Below, piece after piece: positions 43,620-58,600 of a stretch of 64,000 nt of DNA (its first letter is position 1; every line of letters begins with the position of its first letter). The DNA lies in NCBI GenBank assembly GCA_051362555.1, contig CM120646.1:15128001-15192000 (forward strand), written 5' to 3'. Made by a program: the position numbers and the translations under genes. The notes under the pieces are model-generated. The model was given only the letters and a program-made list of their open reading frames with translations. It was not told where the DNA came from and made no database searches. Source of the stretch: Lingula anatina. Its lineage: Eukaryota > Animalia > Brachiopoda.

Positions 43620-46600
43620 TAGCCCACATAGTAATTCAACAGAAACCTGACCCTAGTTTCAAAATATAAATTATTACTGCCAGTTCATCGTTAATATAAA
43701 TTATTACTGCCAGTGCATCGTTGGATAATAGTATCTTGCGGTCGCATCGGCGTTGCGAAATATTAGTTTTTACATTGATATTATGGGATAGAACGCACAG
43801 CCCGGAAGCCACCGGCTCATATGACGGTTATTTCGGAAAGTAGGCCTATTAGATTTGGCCTCGTTTTCAAAATGGGGAGCAGAGGCTCTAAGAAAAACGT
43901 CGGGAGTCGAAGGCATAGAGACAGGTAAGATGTACATATGTTTATACAATGATCAGTTGATTTATGCACAAATAAATTCGATGGAACAATACAGTATATG
44001 CTTAAGTTACATTTTATACACCTGAGGAATGTTCGTGTATCGATTTCAGTGAGTATCCTCTTAAGTTACTGGCTAATAGCAAAATGGCCGCACACAAAAC
44101 GTCAATGTAAAGATAAACTTTTGAACTGTGCCAAATGTAGTTTAAGGGTTTTTTTTCTGTATCTGTTCCTGTTTTTTCACAGTTTGACATTCATTTTTGA
44201 ACATATAAAACTTTTAAAATGTGCGATGGCCTGTAATTTGTAGATGTTTAACATTTCCAACAAGCTGTATATTGACTATATTCACCGTACCGGGTAGCTA
44301 TCATTTAGTCGATCGAGTGATGGCAGTGGCGTTCTGGTCTCATGTATGGAATGAATGTCAAGCTTCTTACGTAATTTCTCCGTGTTTTAGTGTGAAAAAA
44401 ATTAAGTGGCTTGCAAAATGACATTGTCATCCGTCGTGAATACACTTATAACTCCTTGCCTATGCGCATATGGCGGTGTACCCGCGCGGTACTTGTTTGC
44501 AGGGGGTGAGGGGGCGGGTATTGATTGTGAAAGTTACTGCATTGTAAACTTACCATAGGCATGTTTTAAAAGGTATGAATCTTAAATTTTGGTTATAAAC
44601 ATGTTTCCTTTTTGGCCGGGGGAGGGGGGGTGGCAAATGTATTGTGTTAATTTTTTAGAGAAAAAACGTGTAAACCCAAAATAAGTTTTATTGCATTAGT
44701 TGGGGGTTTTGACTGGAAGAGTGTCATCAAAAAGGCAATTTAACACAGAGGGATAATATGTATGTTGTATGTACATTAAATGTAACAGGACCTTCAATGA
44801 TTAGGGCGTGATAGTGGGTACACCACAACTTGTGGTGCTCTGACTTGCATGTGTTTTTGTAACATTTTCAGGCCTTGATTCAAATTGGGTTTTTAATTGA
44901 ATGATGGGTGTGCAACTTTGTCCAGAGTTCAATTTCAGATGATTTTTGTTTATCATAACAATTATGAATTAAGTATAAATAGTGCAGTTTAAGGCAAGAT
45001 TTATTGTAAATAGTGCTGTTTAAGATAAAGATTGATTGTTACAGTTTACCTATTAAAAAGATTGCAATTTATTATTATTATTATTATTATTATTATCATA
45101 TGTGTATGTGAGGGTGTGATAAATGTAGTTAGAAAATATTTTAATGATATTCTATTGAAAACTCTATAAATTATTTTCTAGGCTTGAGTAGCATGAATGG
45201 GACCAGGATTCCTTTTGCCGAGCCTTGACCTGCAATTTTCATAACAAAAGCACCCATCATTTCAAAATGCTGTGTGACAATGAACACCACGACCTCTGCG
45301 ATATTTCTTATGGATGAAAAAAATATTATTGAGCTTGCATGGTGATACCATGTTTCAGACTCATTGAAATGTTTCAGAGTAGTTGAAATGTAAAAATAAA
45401 ATAGAATAAAATATCACATTACAATGTGATTAAATATAAAGACGTCTTTCATTTGTTATTTTTCATATTTTAATGAAAGGAATGCTCTCATCATTTATAT
45501 ATATATTCATTCATTTATATTAGCACTATGGTAATTGCCAAGAAACTTTTTTTCATTGTCGCCAATTCTCAGTTGCTCTATATAAGTAATACTGTGTGAG
45601 GGAAAAACTAAAACGACGCTGAAGCGCTTGAGAAAGCACTAAGTCAAAGCGAGGCTAATATACGGATATTGTAAGTTCAAGTTTTCAGGCTTAAACGGTC
45701 GTGAATTGATTTGTCCTATTCACAGCTTAAAGCAAAGTTCTTTACATGCTTACATTGACAGAAAGCTGAATAAATTTGCCACACCTTACTGGTAATTAAA
45801 ATTTGTGCGGAGGCCTCTATAAATACGAAGATCACAGTTGTTCGTAAATTTTCGATTTCAAACTAATTTTTTAACACCAAAAAGCCTCTAGATCAACTCT
45901 GCTCATGGTGCATCTCATATTATTAGAAATTTATTTCTCAATACGTCAATGTACACTGTAACCCAGAGTACGTTCATAGCCAAGATATTTCACCGTTTCT
46001 GACACCTTTTAAATCTCCAAAATTTTAGCCGATTAAAAAATGTAAGCCTTCTGGTTTGTCTAAAAGCCACCTAGAGCGGCAGACCGAGAACGGGTGAAAG
46101 AGAATAAGGTCGTATTCCGAGGTGTTTAAGAGATCAGGGGCCGGTTTCGCGAAGCAGTAGTAGTTAGAATAACTAACTACTGAACTGTCTCTCTAACGAG
46201 GACACTTTAGGGGTGTTTCACAAAGCAGTGGTTAACTCATCGCTAAGTTCAGTCGTTAAGTTCGGTCGTTAGTTCTCTCGTTACTCACCGTAGTCTCAAA
46301 ACAGTTTACCGGAAGTGGAACTCTTGCGTAAAAGTGTCGCGAAAGCACTAACTCTCCAGTTTATGGTGGCTGGAAATGCATAAGAACGTCTGCTTTGAGG
46401 TAGTCGTAAAGGATCTCCACCACCTTTTTGCCGCTCTTTTTGTCACAGCTAGGCGCAACCTCTTGTAAATTGCATCATCGTGTGAATACTCTAATAGATT
46501 CTGCCTATCATGAAAACGTTGTAAGTCTACATCGCGTCTGGTGGTACGGATAGCTAGAATGGTCGTCGCCATATTGGATACAAAGACAAACGACAGACAA

Positions 46601-49600
46601 CGGTAACTAAGCAACCTTTTTATTTCACTCATTACGCATGCGTACGATGAAACTCTAGAGTTAGCGACTGGTCTGACCAGTCGTTAAATATCCAAGGCAA
46701 TAACGAGCGAGAGAACTAGCGACTGCTTCGTGAAACGGCACTCTAACTAGCGAGAGGCTAACTACCGATCGCTAACTAACTACTGCTTTGTGAAACCGGC
46801 CCCAGGCATAAATCGAAAATGTCCGACGTGTAGCGACAACATGTCAGTCACTATGTCCGTACTATCAAATAGCAGAGCTATATTAAAATACTAAGTCCTG
46901 GCCCACTTGTCAGTGCTTTTTGCCACAGCATGACAAAATTTTGCTGTTCAAAATAATGGCCACGAACTCCCGATTCCAAAAAGTTTAGTGAATTTCTGGA
47001 AAATATCCGTGCGATTTTGGCAAAATCACACGAATATTCGTAACACTAGCACACCTGTATCCTTACTGAATCGTAGAGCGTATCGAATTAGTAGGCCAGT
47101 CAAAAAACAACTTAGGTTGGAAAAAAATTGGTGACAAAGGTTTTTCAACTGATTCTGGTCTGATTCTTGAAGGCCCAATATAGCCCAAAAAATTTTCCCC
47201 GTGAATCCCCCTATGGCAAAGTCTCGTTTTCCACAAAAATCCAAAATGGCCGCTATTGAATGGGGTGGGTGGACATGAAATCCATAACTTAGGAACCCAA
47301 TGTCACAGAAACATGTTTTAAGTATCAACTCCTACTAAGTGAGGGATCCCCAATCTTTTGCAACTAGTCTCAAGGTCACTGGAGGTCAAGGTCATGACCT
47401 TATTACAAGATCAAGGCATTTTTGGAGAAAAAAAAACCCATAATGTCTATATGACAGTTTCCCAATGTCACAGAAACATGTTTTAAGTATCAACTCCTAT
47501 TAAGTGAGTGATCCCCAATCTTTTGCAACTAGTCTCAAGGTCACTGGAGGTCAAGGTCATGACCTTATTACAAGGTCAAAGCATTTTTGGAGGAAAAAAA
47601 ACCCCGTAATGTCAATATGACAGTTTCACAATGTCACAGAAATATGTTTTAAGTATCAATTCCTGCTAAGTGAGTGATCCCCAATCTTTTGCAACTAGTC
47701 TCAAAGTCACTGGAGGTCAAGGTCATGACCTTATTACAAGGTCAAAGCATTTTTGGAGCAAAAAAACCCATAATGTCTATATGACAGTTCCCCTGTTGTC
47801 ATAGAAACATGTTATAAGAAACAATATCAACCAAGTGGGACACTGCCAAACACCGCAACTATTTTCAAGGTCACCAGAGGCCAAGATTATGAAAAAATTT
47901 CAAGGGCATGGTATTTTCCAAGTGAATTATATCATATTATTTATAACTTGGTAACCGTATGTCACTAAAACATGCATGTTTAATGTATCAATTCCTACTA
48001 AATGAGAAGTCAACAATCAATTGCAACTAATTTAAAGGTCACCAGAGGTTAAGGTTATGACCGCTATTTACAAGGTCGTAAGATTTTCAAGCGAAATTCC
48101 ATAATTTCTCAATTACCAAATGTTACAGAAACGTGTTTAGCGTGCCAATAATGCCTTGTAAATGGGGTCCTGTTTATCATTTGCAACTATTTCCAAAATC
48201 TAGGAGGTACATGATTGACCTTATTGCAAGGTCATCATGAAATTTAATGAAAATTTGATTCTAGGGTGATCTAAGTACAACACATAAGATTGTTTAAGAG
48301 CAAAATATGCATCTCCATTTTTTATGACAAATGTTACATTTTATAGAGCGACCTGAGCCCATTGTTGTTTGATGTAAATACTTCATTTTAATACCGGTAC
48401 TATTGGCATAAGCTCTCTTCTTGTCTGCCCAATGATTGACCTAAAGCCTTCTTGTCCCACCTTTGTATGTATGATCTACTTTGGAGTATCTGTGTGCCAT
48501 TGTAGAGAGGAGATAGTGGATAAAGCACATTTATTTGCCCATTTAATCAGTATCTGTATTTGGTTGCTATTATGACAATCAAAGGCTAGCCATTACTGAA
48601 TTGCCAATGGTAAAATGTGTTGATTCTTAATGGTTGATTCAATACCTATAGCTCCGACTCTGCTCCATCATGGATGGGTGAGGTCTAAAAGCTATACCCT
48701 CTCCCAAGCCTACAGAGCATGCTGTCGCAAGTCGATACTTGGGTTAATTGGGTAATTTTAATGTGCTGAGTGGAAAATTAGTAACTTGTCTTGTGTGAAG
48801 ACATACTTGTAGATGGTGCCCTTTGAGCGTCATTTCAGCATCTGTTTTCCTAAAAATCCCAATTCTTGGTCCTGCAGTGGGATTCTGAAATAAGCAGCAG
48901 GCCACTTGCTGGGGTAACTTGTTCACCACAAGTGAACTCTCTATTAGAAAGTGTAATATGTTTTGGTCGACAAACTTTAAAGCTGCTGTTTTTTGGTGTG
49001 CTCACCTTTGTCAAAAGTAGTTATATGTTTTCATATCATGCCAGCTCCTGTCAGATTGGAGAACTAGTACTGAGACAAGATCGCAAACTGGAAGTTTTTA
49101 TCAGGTCTGTTAGGATAGGAAACTGGCTACAGGCTCTCACCATCATCCTTCGTTTACTTTGCTGCATCTCATTCGACAGTCATTATGACAAGCTAGCAGT
49201 CTCAAAAGGGGGGAGGGGGGCTTTTTCTGAAAAAAGTGGACCTACTCTTAGTATAGAGACCCACAGCTAGCAATTGTGATAAACTTGTGGCTAGTAAGTT
49301 TGAAGATTTGGGAGAGTAAACCTGGCGCACGGACGCCAGGCGTTGCGGTTTACGACAGTCGTAGCCGAGTAAATATACGCCCTGTTGGTGCAACCGGGCC
49401 CTGTATCGTAACTGAATCGTAGAGCGTGTCGAATTAGACCAGAAAATTGGTAAAATCTCACGAATCCTCACGAATCCGGAAATTTGTCAATACCTGGCTT
49501 TTCGTGGGATTCGTGGTCTGTGTGAATAGGGGCATAAGGTAAGACGTGCGCTAGTGGACATATAACATTGGTAAAGCCTCGGTCACAACCGGACGCACGT

Positions 49601-52600
49601 ACCGTGTATTTTAGGACCGTAGGTCTCCTACCGATTTTGGATGCAACGGAGATCGTGGAGGTACAATAAAGGTTTCATTAGAAAGATCTCGAAAGGCACA
49701 AGTCGGAATTGCGAGTCGCAGGTGCCACGTAAGGGAGTGCAGTTGTTACTTTAAAAAAACCTTGTCATTTTTTTTTTAAATGATAGACACCCCACCCTTT
49801 TAATCTAATTTTTCTCAATGTCTCCAAATGGACAGGAGTTTTTGCTTTATCTTATATTAAAGAGGAGGCTTTGAACTTTAAAGTGACATTGTTAAATCAA
49901 TTTGTATATTTTGGAGACAAAAGTAATTAAACATTATAAGAAAATATGTGATATGTGCTATTGCATGGTCACTGATCCAGAACAATGTACTATCAAACAC
50001 CCAAATTTAGAAATATCTACATTAGTTTACCTGTTATCTTTCAGAATAAATTTCCCCTGATGTTGTCATACTATAAAATATTGTTTTGATGTGAATGAAA
50101 TTGTTTTATACAGTTGTTCTTTAATTATTGACATCTCATCAATAGACCAGATTTCATGTCTCCGTGCAGATACCTACTTGTTGTCCTATGTCATTTAAAA
50201 GATATTTACAACCTTAATAAATAACCACATCATACTCAGACATGCTGAAACTGTCGGTCATGACCGGGAAAATTTGTCTGGACCGGTAAAAAATTGGACC
50301 AAAAGCGTTTTAAGAGCAGCAATTTTGAATTTACAGTTGACATACTTCACTAACAAAATTATATAAAACCCTAAGCATTTTTCCCTTCCATTTCAAACCT
50401 ATCACATTCTCAGACAAGGTAAGCTACCTAATCGTACTGGTAGTATCTGTCTCAAACGCACAGGGTGATTTTCGGTCTGACAAAAATCCATTCAATCCGG
50501 CATATTTTTCATTACTGCTGGTCCAAATGTCCGGCCATTTTGAAAAGTTTTTAGCATATCTGATGTCTTACATATGTCCAAAAACATATTGTTTTATTAT
50601 AAAGTACATGTTTTCTTTTTTTGTAGGTCAAAAAAGTTACATGTTTATCATCTAAACCCAATATAAAGGTGCAAATAATGTCAGAGGTATGCTCTCGAAA
50701 ATATCCAATGCATGGATTAGAAACAATGTTTGGTAATTTTTATGGTCCCACATGAAGAAATGTGTATCAAAGTTTCATTATCCTGGAACCACTTGTCATA
50801 AAAATTAATTCATAGTCTAACTCCAAATGTAACTGTCACAAATGGAAATTTTGAAACTGTGAAAGTGTTGTGCTCACTTTGCAAATTCAATAAGTGCTGA
50901 TTTCCTTTTTTTATAATTTTATAACTTTTGCTGCAATTTTAGTTTGTTTGTCACTGAATTTTATAAATACAAATGCAGCATGCTAACAGTAAAAGCAACA
51001 TAAAATGAACTATTTTCTATTAGTGGTGAAAAAATTATGTCAGAAATACCAAACACTATGCATGTTATGTATATGTTTCAGTTGATAGCAAAAGACCCTG
51101 TTACCTACTGCACTAAGGACTTGGTCAAAAATAACCTTTTTTTTTTTTTTGGAACATTTTTCTGGGAAACATAAGTTACCTATACACACATGATAAATAT
51201 TGCATGTAGAAGTAAATTTGAGGCAGCCATGCATTTTTGTTCTACACACAGGTTATAAAAATTGACTACAATTTCAAAATTCATTCAGTAATATTTTTTA
51301 AACTACAGCATGTGAAATTCACCTCCATATTAGGTTGGGGTAATATGCAGAATGCTTTGTATAACTATTTACATTAAATGTATTCTAAGGATAACATTTT
51401 ATCTTACATAATCTACTCGCCCAGAATTTTCTTTGGTCAGCAAGCATTTAAATTGCTGGGTGCCATTAAATGATATAATTTGCAAAATTATCATCCCTGT
51501 TCCTGTCACTGGCATATCATATAATATTATGCAGGGTGGCCAAAGGAAAATTTGTGAGAAGTTCCTTTCATATTATGTATCATAGGTTAGATTTTTTAAT
51601 CATCTTTAACTAAACTAAAAATAGTTATTATGGAAAAATCATATTTTTTAGGTTATGTAAGCTAAAATGTTTACTTGAAAATACATGTTACAATTGTACA
51701 AAGCATTCTGTATATACATGTAAATTATGTAACTATTTTGACATATAAATAAATAGATAAACATGTACATTATAATAAAAAAAGTTTTGGGACACATGCA
51801 TGATATGGTCATTTATTTAGGTTGTAAATATCATTGAAATGACAAGACACAACAAGTAGGTATCTGGATGGAGACATGAAAACTGGTCTATTGTTGGGAT
51901 GTCAATAATTAAAAGAATATCTGCATAAAACAATTTCATTCACATCAAAAAATATTTTATAGTATAACAACATCATAGGAAATTTATTCTGAGAGATAAC
52001 AGGTAAACTAATGTAGATATTTCTAAATTTGGGTGTTTGATAGTACATTGTTCTGGATCAGTGACCATGCAATAGCCCATATCACATATTTTCTTATAAT
52101 GTTTAATTACTTTTGTCTCCAAAATATACAAATTGATTTAACAATGTCACTTTAAAGTTCAAAGCCTCCTCTTTAATATAAGATAAAGCAAAAACTCCTG
52201 TCCATTTGGAGACATTGAGAAAAATTAGATTAAAAGGGTGGGGTGTCTATCATTTTTAAAAAAATGACAAGGATTTTTCAAAGTAAAAATTAAGTGCATT
52301 TTAAATATGCCAGACCATTTTCAGTGTGATAGTTGGGTTCCTGAAATGTTAAGATATAAAGTCATGAAAGCTACAAAGCAATGGGATATGCAGGGCTATT
52401 GTTATAGTGTTTTTCTTAACTAGGTCACCATGACCTAGATTCAAGTGAGGCACAGCAAGCCCACAGCTGGGTCCAACTTTGGAGTGTCATAACTCTGAAA
52501 CCAGTTGAGATCTCAATCTAAAATTTTAGGTTTTTTCTAGTCCCTATAATATCTACAAAATATGTGAAAATCAGCAACATTCTTGACGGAGGGTACCCTC

Positions 52601-55600
52601 GCTGGATGAGTTGATATGGAATGACCCAATCGACGTTCATTGTAAAGACACGAGCGCACCAGGGCCCGGTTGCACCAACGGGGCGTAAATCTACTCGGCT
52701 ACGACTGTCGTAAACCGCAACGCCTGGCGCCCGTGTGCCAGGTTTACTCTCCCTGCTTACGCCCGTTGCACCAAGACAAAAACTGATCGTCGTAACTACG
52801 CCCAAGTAACGCTCCGTTGCGTCACTGGCCAACAATACGTGAATGGTATAATTGGGCAAATGAGGTGATCTCAGCTGCAGTCATTATGGAATGATGACAA
52901 ATAAACACAAAAGGAGCATTTCAGAGACGGAGAAATTCATAAGCTACATTATTCCATTTTGATTTAGTAATAAGAACGTTAAAATACGTTAACATTGCTG
53001 TGGCCTTGGATATATAGCAATAAAATCGTAAATATATTCCGAATCAAAATATTATTATAATATGCTAATATAGTATGCTGCTGTAAATGAGAAAAACGCG
53101 TTGGAGGAAGTACGTATTTCTATTAATGGATTTGAACACCTTCACATTTGTTATTGAAACTTTTGAATCTGAAAATAATGCAAAAACGCCAACATTGCTC
53201 TCTTTTTATATTTTTACAACAGTGCCGACGATTTCATGACCTTCTTATCTATGGTTACACCGTGAGAGATCATTTAATTCAATCGAGCTTACATCCTGGA
53301 GATTAAGAAATACAAGAGACCTAATACACATTATATATGAACCTTAAAAGTTTGATATTTTAAGCTTTCGTCTCTATGTTTGTATTAAGTCAAATATTAA
53401 TGATATAAAATGTGAAGAAAGAATGACTATAGTTAGTTATGATTTGTCAAAAATTGTGAAAAGGAAAAGAATTAAAGAAACCGTACTGCTGAGAGCCAAG
53501 ACGTACCTACATGTGTGGTAAGATTTAATTTGAACATACCGTGTATGCATATACAGGTACATGTACATGGCTACACATATAATGTATTTAGTAATCATAT
53601 ATATATATATATAATTAGTTTTTTAAAAACCAAGCTATACAGACGGAAGATTTGAGTAAGAAACTAACAAATAACAACCCACATTTTCTACGTTAACTAC
53701 GATAATTGTCATCAAACTCTCTCTGTGCTTGCCTAGCCATAGTGGAAAACGAGCTACGACCGACTTACACCACCTAGCTGGCAGGCGTACATTTACGACT
53801 AAGTTAAGACCGACGTAAACACTATTCTAGTTTGGTGCAACTGGCTTTACTCGGGCGGAGCGATTTGCGCCCGGTTTACGCCGGTGTGAACGGACCTCGG
53901 TTCCTAGGAACGGTGGTCCTACGGACCGCCGTTCCTGAGGAATAGTAGTCCTAATGGGACCTGCATTCCTGATATAATAAAGGGTAGGACTTCTATTCCG
54001 GGCGGACCTGCATTACGTTTACATTAGTCAACGGAATGAAGGTCCGCCCTATAACTATGTCCGACCATTTAAACTAGTGGATAATGACTATTGACAGTAA
54101 TATCATGCTTTAGTGAGCACATATAAGTACCCCAGTTCGTCTACCTGGTGTAGTGGTCAGGCTGTGCAGTGTAATGGATGTTATACAGAGTAATTGTGTA
54201 AGTGGATGGAGGTTCGAATTTCGTTTACAGAAATAAAAGTATGTTTACTTTTCGTGTGAATTTTTTTCTTTTGTTTTATCCTGGTCGTCATTTTTGCAAC
54301 GTAGCAAATTTTTGATTGGTTACAGACATAACCAGATGTCAGACGTTACCTTGTTCTACTATAAATACCGCTCATATATGAATACCACACCATCACAAGA
54401 CGTTTGATATGGAAGGGACAAGCAGCACCCGGACCAGGCCCGAAGTTGAAGTTATTTTCCAATATCTTCAGGAGGGCACGTATGCCATCGAGACAACACC
54501 AACACAGAAAAGAGTTATTCAGAGAACAAGCAAGTCTAATTATAAAGTAAACTTTCAATTTTCATGATGTTTAATATGCAATATTATTAGAGGTCACACT
54601 ACGTTATACGCAGATATATAATTCCTGGGATGTGTGTACAATGGTCCTATGTACCTTGAATAAATGTCCTGCAGGGGATTACTATTTAATGGGTATTTAT
54701 GCCCGGGGGACTACCATTTCTGGGATTTTAGGTCCGGGGACTACCATTTCTAGGATTTTAGGTCCGGGGACTACCATTTCTAGGATTTTAGGTCCGGGGA
54801 CATTCAACTGATGAGTTATAAGCTTTTGGTGAATTACCCCATGAATCAAATTGATGCATATTTTACTTATAAAGCATTGGTTTAATATAGTGTGACCGTA
54901 ATATGTACACTGTTTGCCTGGATTATACCATTTACTGGTGGTGCGCCTTGTACATTTGTATACTTCGTAGTCAATAACCATTTATATTAAAATTGAATGC
55001 AGGTGAACTGTGATTAACGATGCAAAAACACTTACAGGGGTATGGTATCTAAATTAATTTTACAGGTACTTACCGTGGGAACAAAAGTGTTGAAAAGAAA
55101 TTTACGAAGGAGTGACAGAAAGGGGGGCAAACAAGAAAACCCCTGGCTGGGGCCCTACGTTGTGAAGGGGATATCCAAATCTGGATCTTACATCCTCCAG
55201 ATTGAAGGCGGATGCACACTGAAAGGCGCCGTAAACAGGGCAAATTTGAAAGTTTATGTTGCAGATGAATAGATAAAGAACTGAAATAAATATGTGAAAA
55301 ACTGAAATAAATATATGCAAATGTAACAAGTGTTATTCTTCATATACCTTTTTATTCCATTGTATTTGTTTAGGTGAAATATTTTAAAAGTAATGGTAAT
55401 ATTATATTAGTTATCTATCTATCTATCACTCACTTTAAGTGCGAGAGAAAAATGGTAGCGGACATATATTCCTAGTGTAAATCAGGATAACAGGTCCCAT
55501 CCGGACTTAGATTCCTGGCGGTGGGACATGCATTCCTTGGTAACTGTTGTCCTACGGACGTTAAATCCTAGTAACGTATATCCTAGGACCTCCATTACTA

Positions 55601-58600
55601 GCAACGCTAGACCTAGGACTTACGTTCCCAGGACTTAGTGTCCGGTCGGACTTACGTTACTAGGACTACCATTCCGTTCACACCGGCGCAACTGCTACGC
55701 CTCACTTACGACCGGTTGGTGCAACCGGACCCAGGGCTCCGTATCTCGAAAGGTTCGCTATGCTGCGCACGTGCGCAAGCGTCTCGATTCCATGGCCCCG
55801 TATCTCTAAAGAATCGGTTATGGAATCGAGACATTTGTGCACTTGTACAAGCGTCTCGATTCCATGGCCCCGTATCTCGAAATAGAATCGGTTATGGAAT
55901 CGAGACGCTTGCGCACGTGCGCAACATAGCGAGCCTTTCGAGATACGGAGCCCAGGTTCGCTATGTTGCGCACGTACGTAAGTGTCTCGATTCCATAACC
56001 GATTCTTTTTCGAGATACGGGGCCATGGAATCGAGACGCACTTTCGAGATACGCAGCCCTGCTATCTCGAAGCCTTAGCAAACGCAACGCAATTATAACC
56101 TCAAACTCTACTAAAATGCGATTGCCGCATAAAGTGAAGACGTCATAACACAATTACACAAAATGTAATTATTTTCACCATGACGCAAACCAAGAGGTTG
56201 TTTTTATTTATAGGAATATCATAATTACAAATACTGATATTTGAAGTATTTGACACCAATAAAATGTCAAAAAACAATTCAATAAGCGAAGCTTGAACTG
56301 ACACAATTACTGACACATTGGTGAGTAGTGTTCAGTCTCACAATAATAGACATTGAGGAAGGTCACGTTGCTTTGTTTCTGCTTTTTCATTTTGTGTAGA
56401 GAATGACACTTTTAAATTTATTATTATTATGAATAGACTACAGAGATGAATTAAATTCACCAGAAAATATAAAATGATGTATGAAATGTTTAATTTTGAA
56501 ATTTTTCTGCATAATAAAACATGACTTTAGCATTCTTCGCGTGAATTTAGTAAGGAGGAATAGGGTCACGCGACAAGGTTATTTTCAGTTGCACCCTGGA
56601 TTACGCGCGCTTGCTCCGCAAGGTGTCGCCTGTGGTGGTGGGCGGCACAGCCCATATGGTTACTGGGGCGAAGGTGACAGGTACTTCCAAACATTTTTTC
56701 ATAACTGTCATTATTCCTCATTCTATTCACAATTTGATATTTACGGCAATGAAAAATGTGGCACTGGTAAAAGTGGGTCTAGGTGCATTGACAGGCCGCA
56801 CAGGTGTCCCAATTAACCGCCGCCAGAGAAGAGACCCCAAGCATTAAACAACACAACCTGTAGATATTGGAAAATTGGCAAAAGTTAAGCAACTGAGGCT
56901 TCATTAGATTTGGGCAGAAATCGAGAGTAATATCCAGTGACATGCCAAACCCCTAAGTTCACGTCTTGGCCCTTGACACCAGTAACGCACCCCATAGTCA
57001 AGAATCTGAACAAATCAATGTTTGGCAGGAATGCTCTATTTTCTACAGGCGTTTTGTGATTTTATCAACTTGATTGTCAAGTGCCAGACCGTTTGTTCCG
57101 AGGTCCTAGTAGCAAACTTTATCAGATAACAATCTGACACTAACCATGCTGCACTAACAGCGCTGTAAACCCAGTTATCAATGCTGCCATCTTTACCTGT
57201 ATCTCTACCGGTATTATACCAGTGGTGTGTTTGATATATTTCAGTAAGGAAATACGCTGTGATGCTTATAATTATTTGTAATACGTTAGCATCAACCTGT
57301 TAATAAAAACTTGGAACCTTTCAATATTATTACAATATAACAGTATAATGATGGGAGCTGTTATGATTAAATGCTTAGTTAGAAGAAATAATAAAAACAG
57401 ATTATGTGAAATATAAAATAAATTGATTTTATTTGAATTATTTATTTATTTATTTTTCAAACCAATTAATTATCAAACATGAAGCTTATTTTTAGAAACA
57501 TCAGATATTACTGCAATATAGCACTGCTGGTACACAGATGTACAGTTCTAAAATGCAAATACCAAGTACCTTTCATACACCACTGATGAGATGTGAATAA
57601 TCACATGTATAAAATAGTAAAAATATCACAAAATGTGTGTAGGAAAGATATTTCTACAAGTAAACTCATTAATCAGTCAGGAAACTTCATAATGCACTCA
57701 ATAAATGTAGAAATTTGAGCAATAGAAATTCTACATACAGACATGACAGATTTACCATACAGGTATATTGCAATCAACCCTAAACTGAACGGGCATAGAA
57801 AGAACAAAGTGAATCTCCCTCCCATTAAAAATGAATAAAAAATAAAAAAAAACAGAAACTGTCATTCTAAATACTGAAAAACAATGGCACCTTGCAGCCT
57901 TCACTGCCTCACTATTTGCAGACAATGTTCTAGTCACTGTAACTGTGTACTTTTGAGGAGGCATAGACGCAAGGATAACTCCTTTGAAGTATATTGTGAA
58001 GGTCTCTTTTGTCATAAATCTGCCACATATAACCTGAAAGTACATATTGCGATTCACATTGCAGCAGCTTGTCTTAGTAAGGACTCAACCAGTTGAAAAC
58101 TTGTGGCACAGCTTCAGGGACAGGATCACACCAACTACCTTTGCTGTGATGATGGATCTACATTATCTTGTCCTCCTAGTTTCTCTAATACCATTTCCTC
58201 TTGTCTTTGCTCACATCAATCTCTACAGCTTTGCCAAATGCTACACAGTTTTTGCATCTGAAAGTATACAGCAAAAATTGTAATAAAGCACTATCACTTT
58301 ACTTGTTATATATTGATTTCAGGGCGAGAGAAAAAGGCAGAAACCTCATATCATAATCAAGATAATTGAAAATCAAATATGCATAATCAAATAGCTTTAA
58401 TTGTACATACAAGTGATGATTTAATCTTTTAAACTTTAGCATAAATTTTGACTTTCTCTTGTTAAAGCATAGCCACTTTTTCAAAATGTGCTTGAACAAA
58501 TAATAATAATAATAATAGTAAACAACCTGCACACATGATGGAACATGGAGGTAAATTGCCACAAAAATAAGTTGATACGTACTTGGTAGCCTGAGAAATA

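Larger units (their letters stand above)
52663..55731. mobile_element. Harbinger-like non-autonomous element family Y (other ends at 49311-49400 and 63268-63345)
   Basis: TIRs GGCCCGGTTGCACCAAC / GTTGGTGCAACCGGACC with CAG TSD. Confidence 0.75.

Noticed and set aside
43771-45953. Possible DNA transposon bounded by TACATTGA...TCAATGTA
   Set aside because: The inverted match is short and imperfect and I recognised no coding remnant.
54140-54225. tRNA gene
   Set aside because: A/B-box-like motifs only; no convincing cloverleaf or acceptor stem.
54697-54981. ORF with PGPKILEMVV repeats, or a CRISPR-like array
   Set aside because: A 30-bp minisatellite with no spacers, inside a transposon in eukaryotic DNA.
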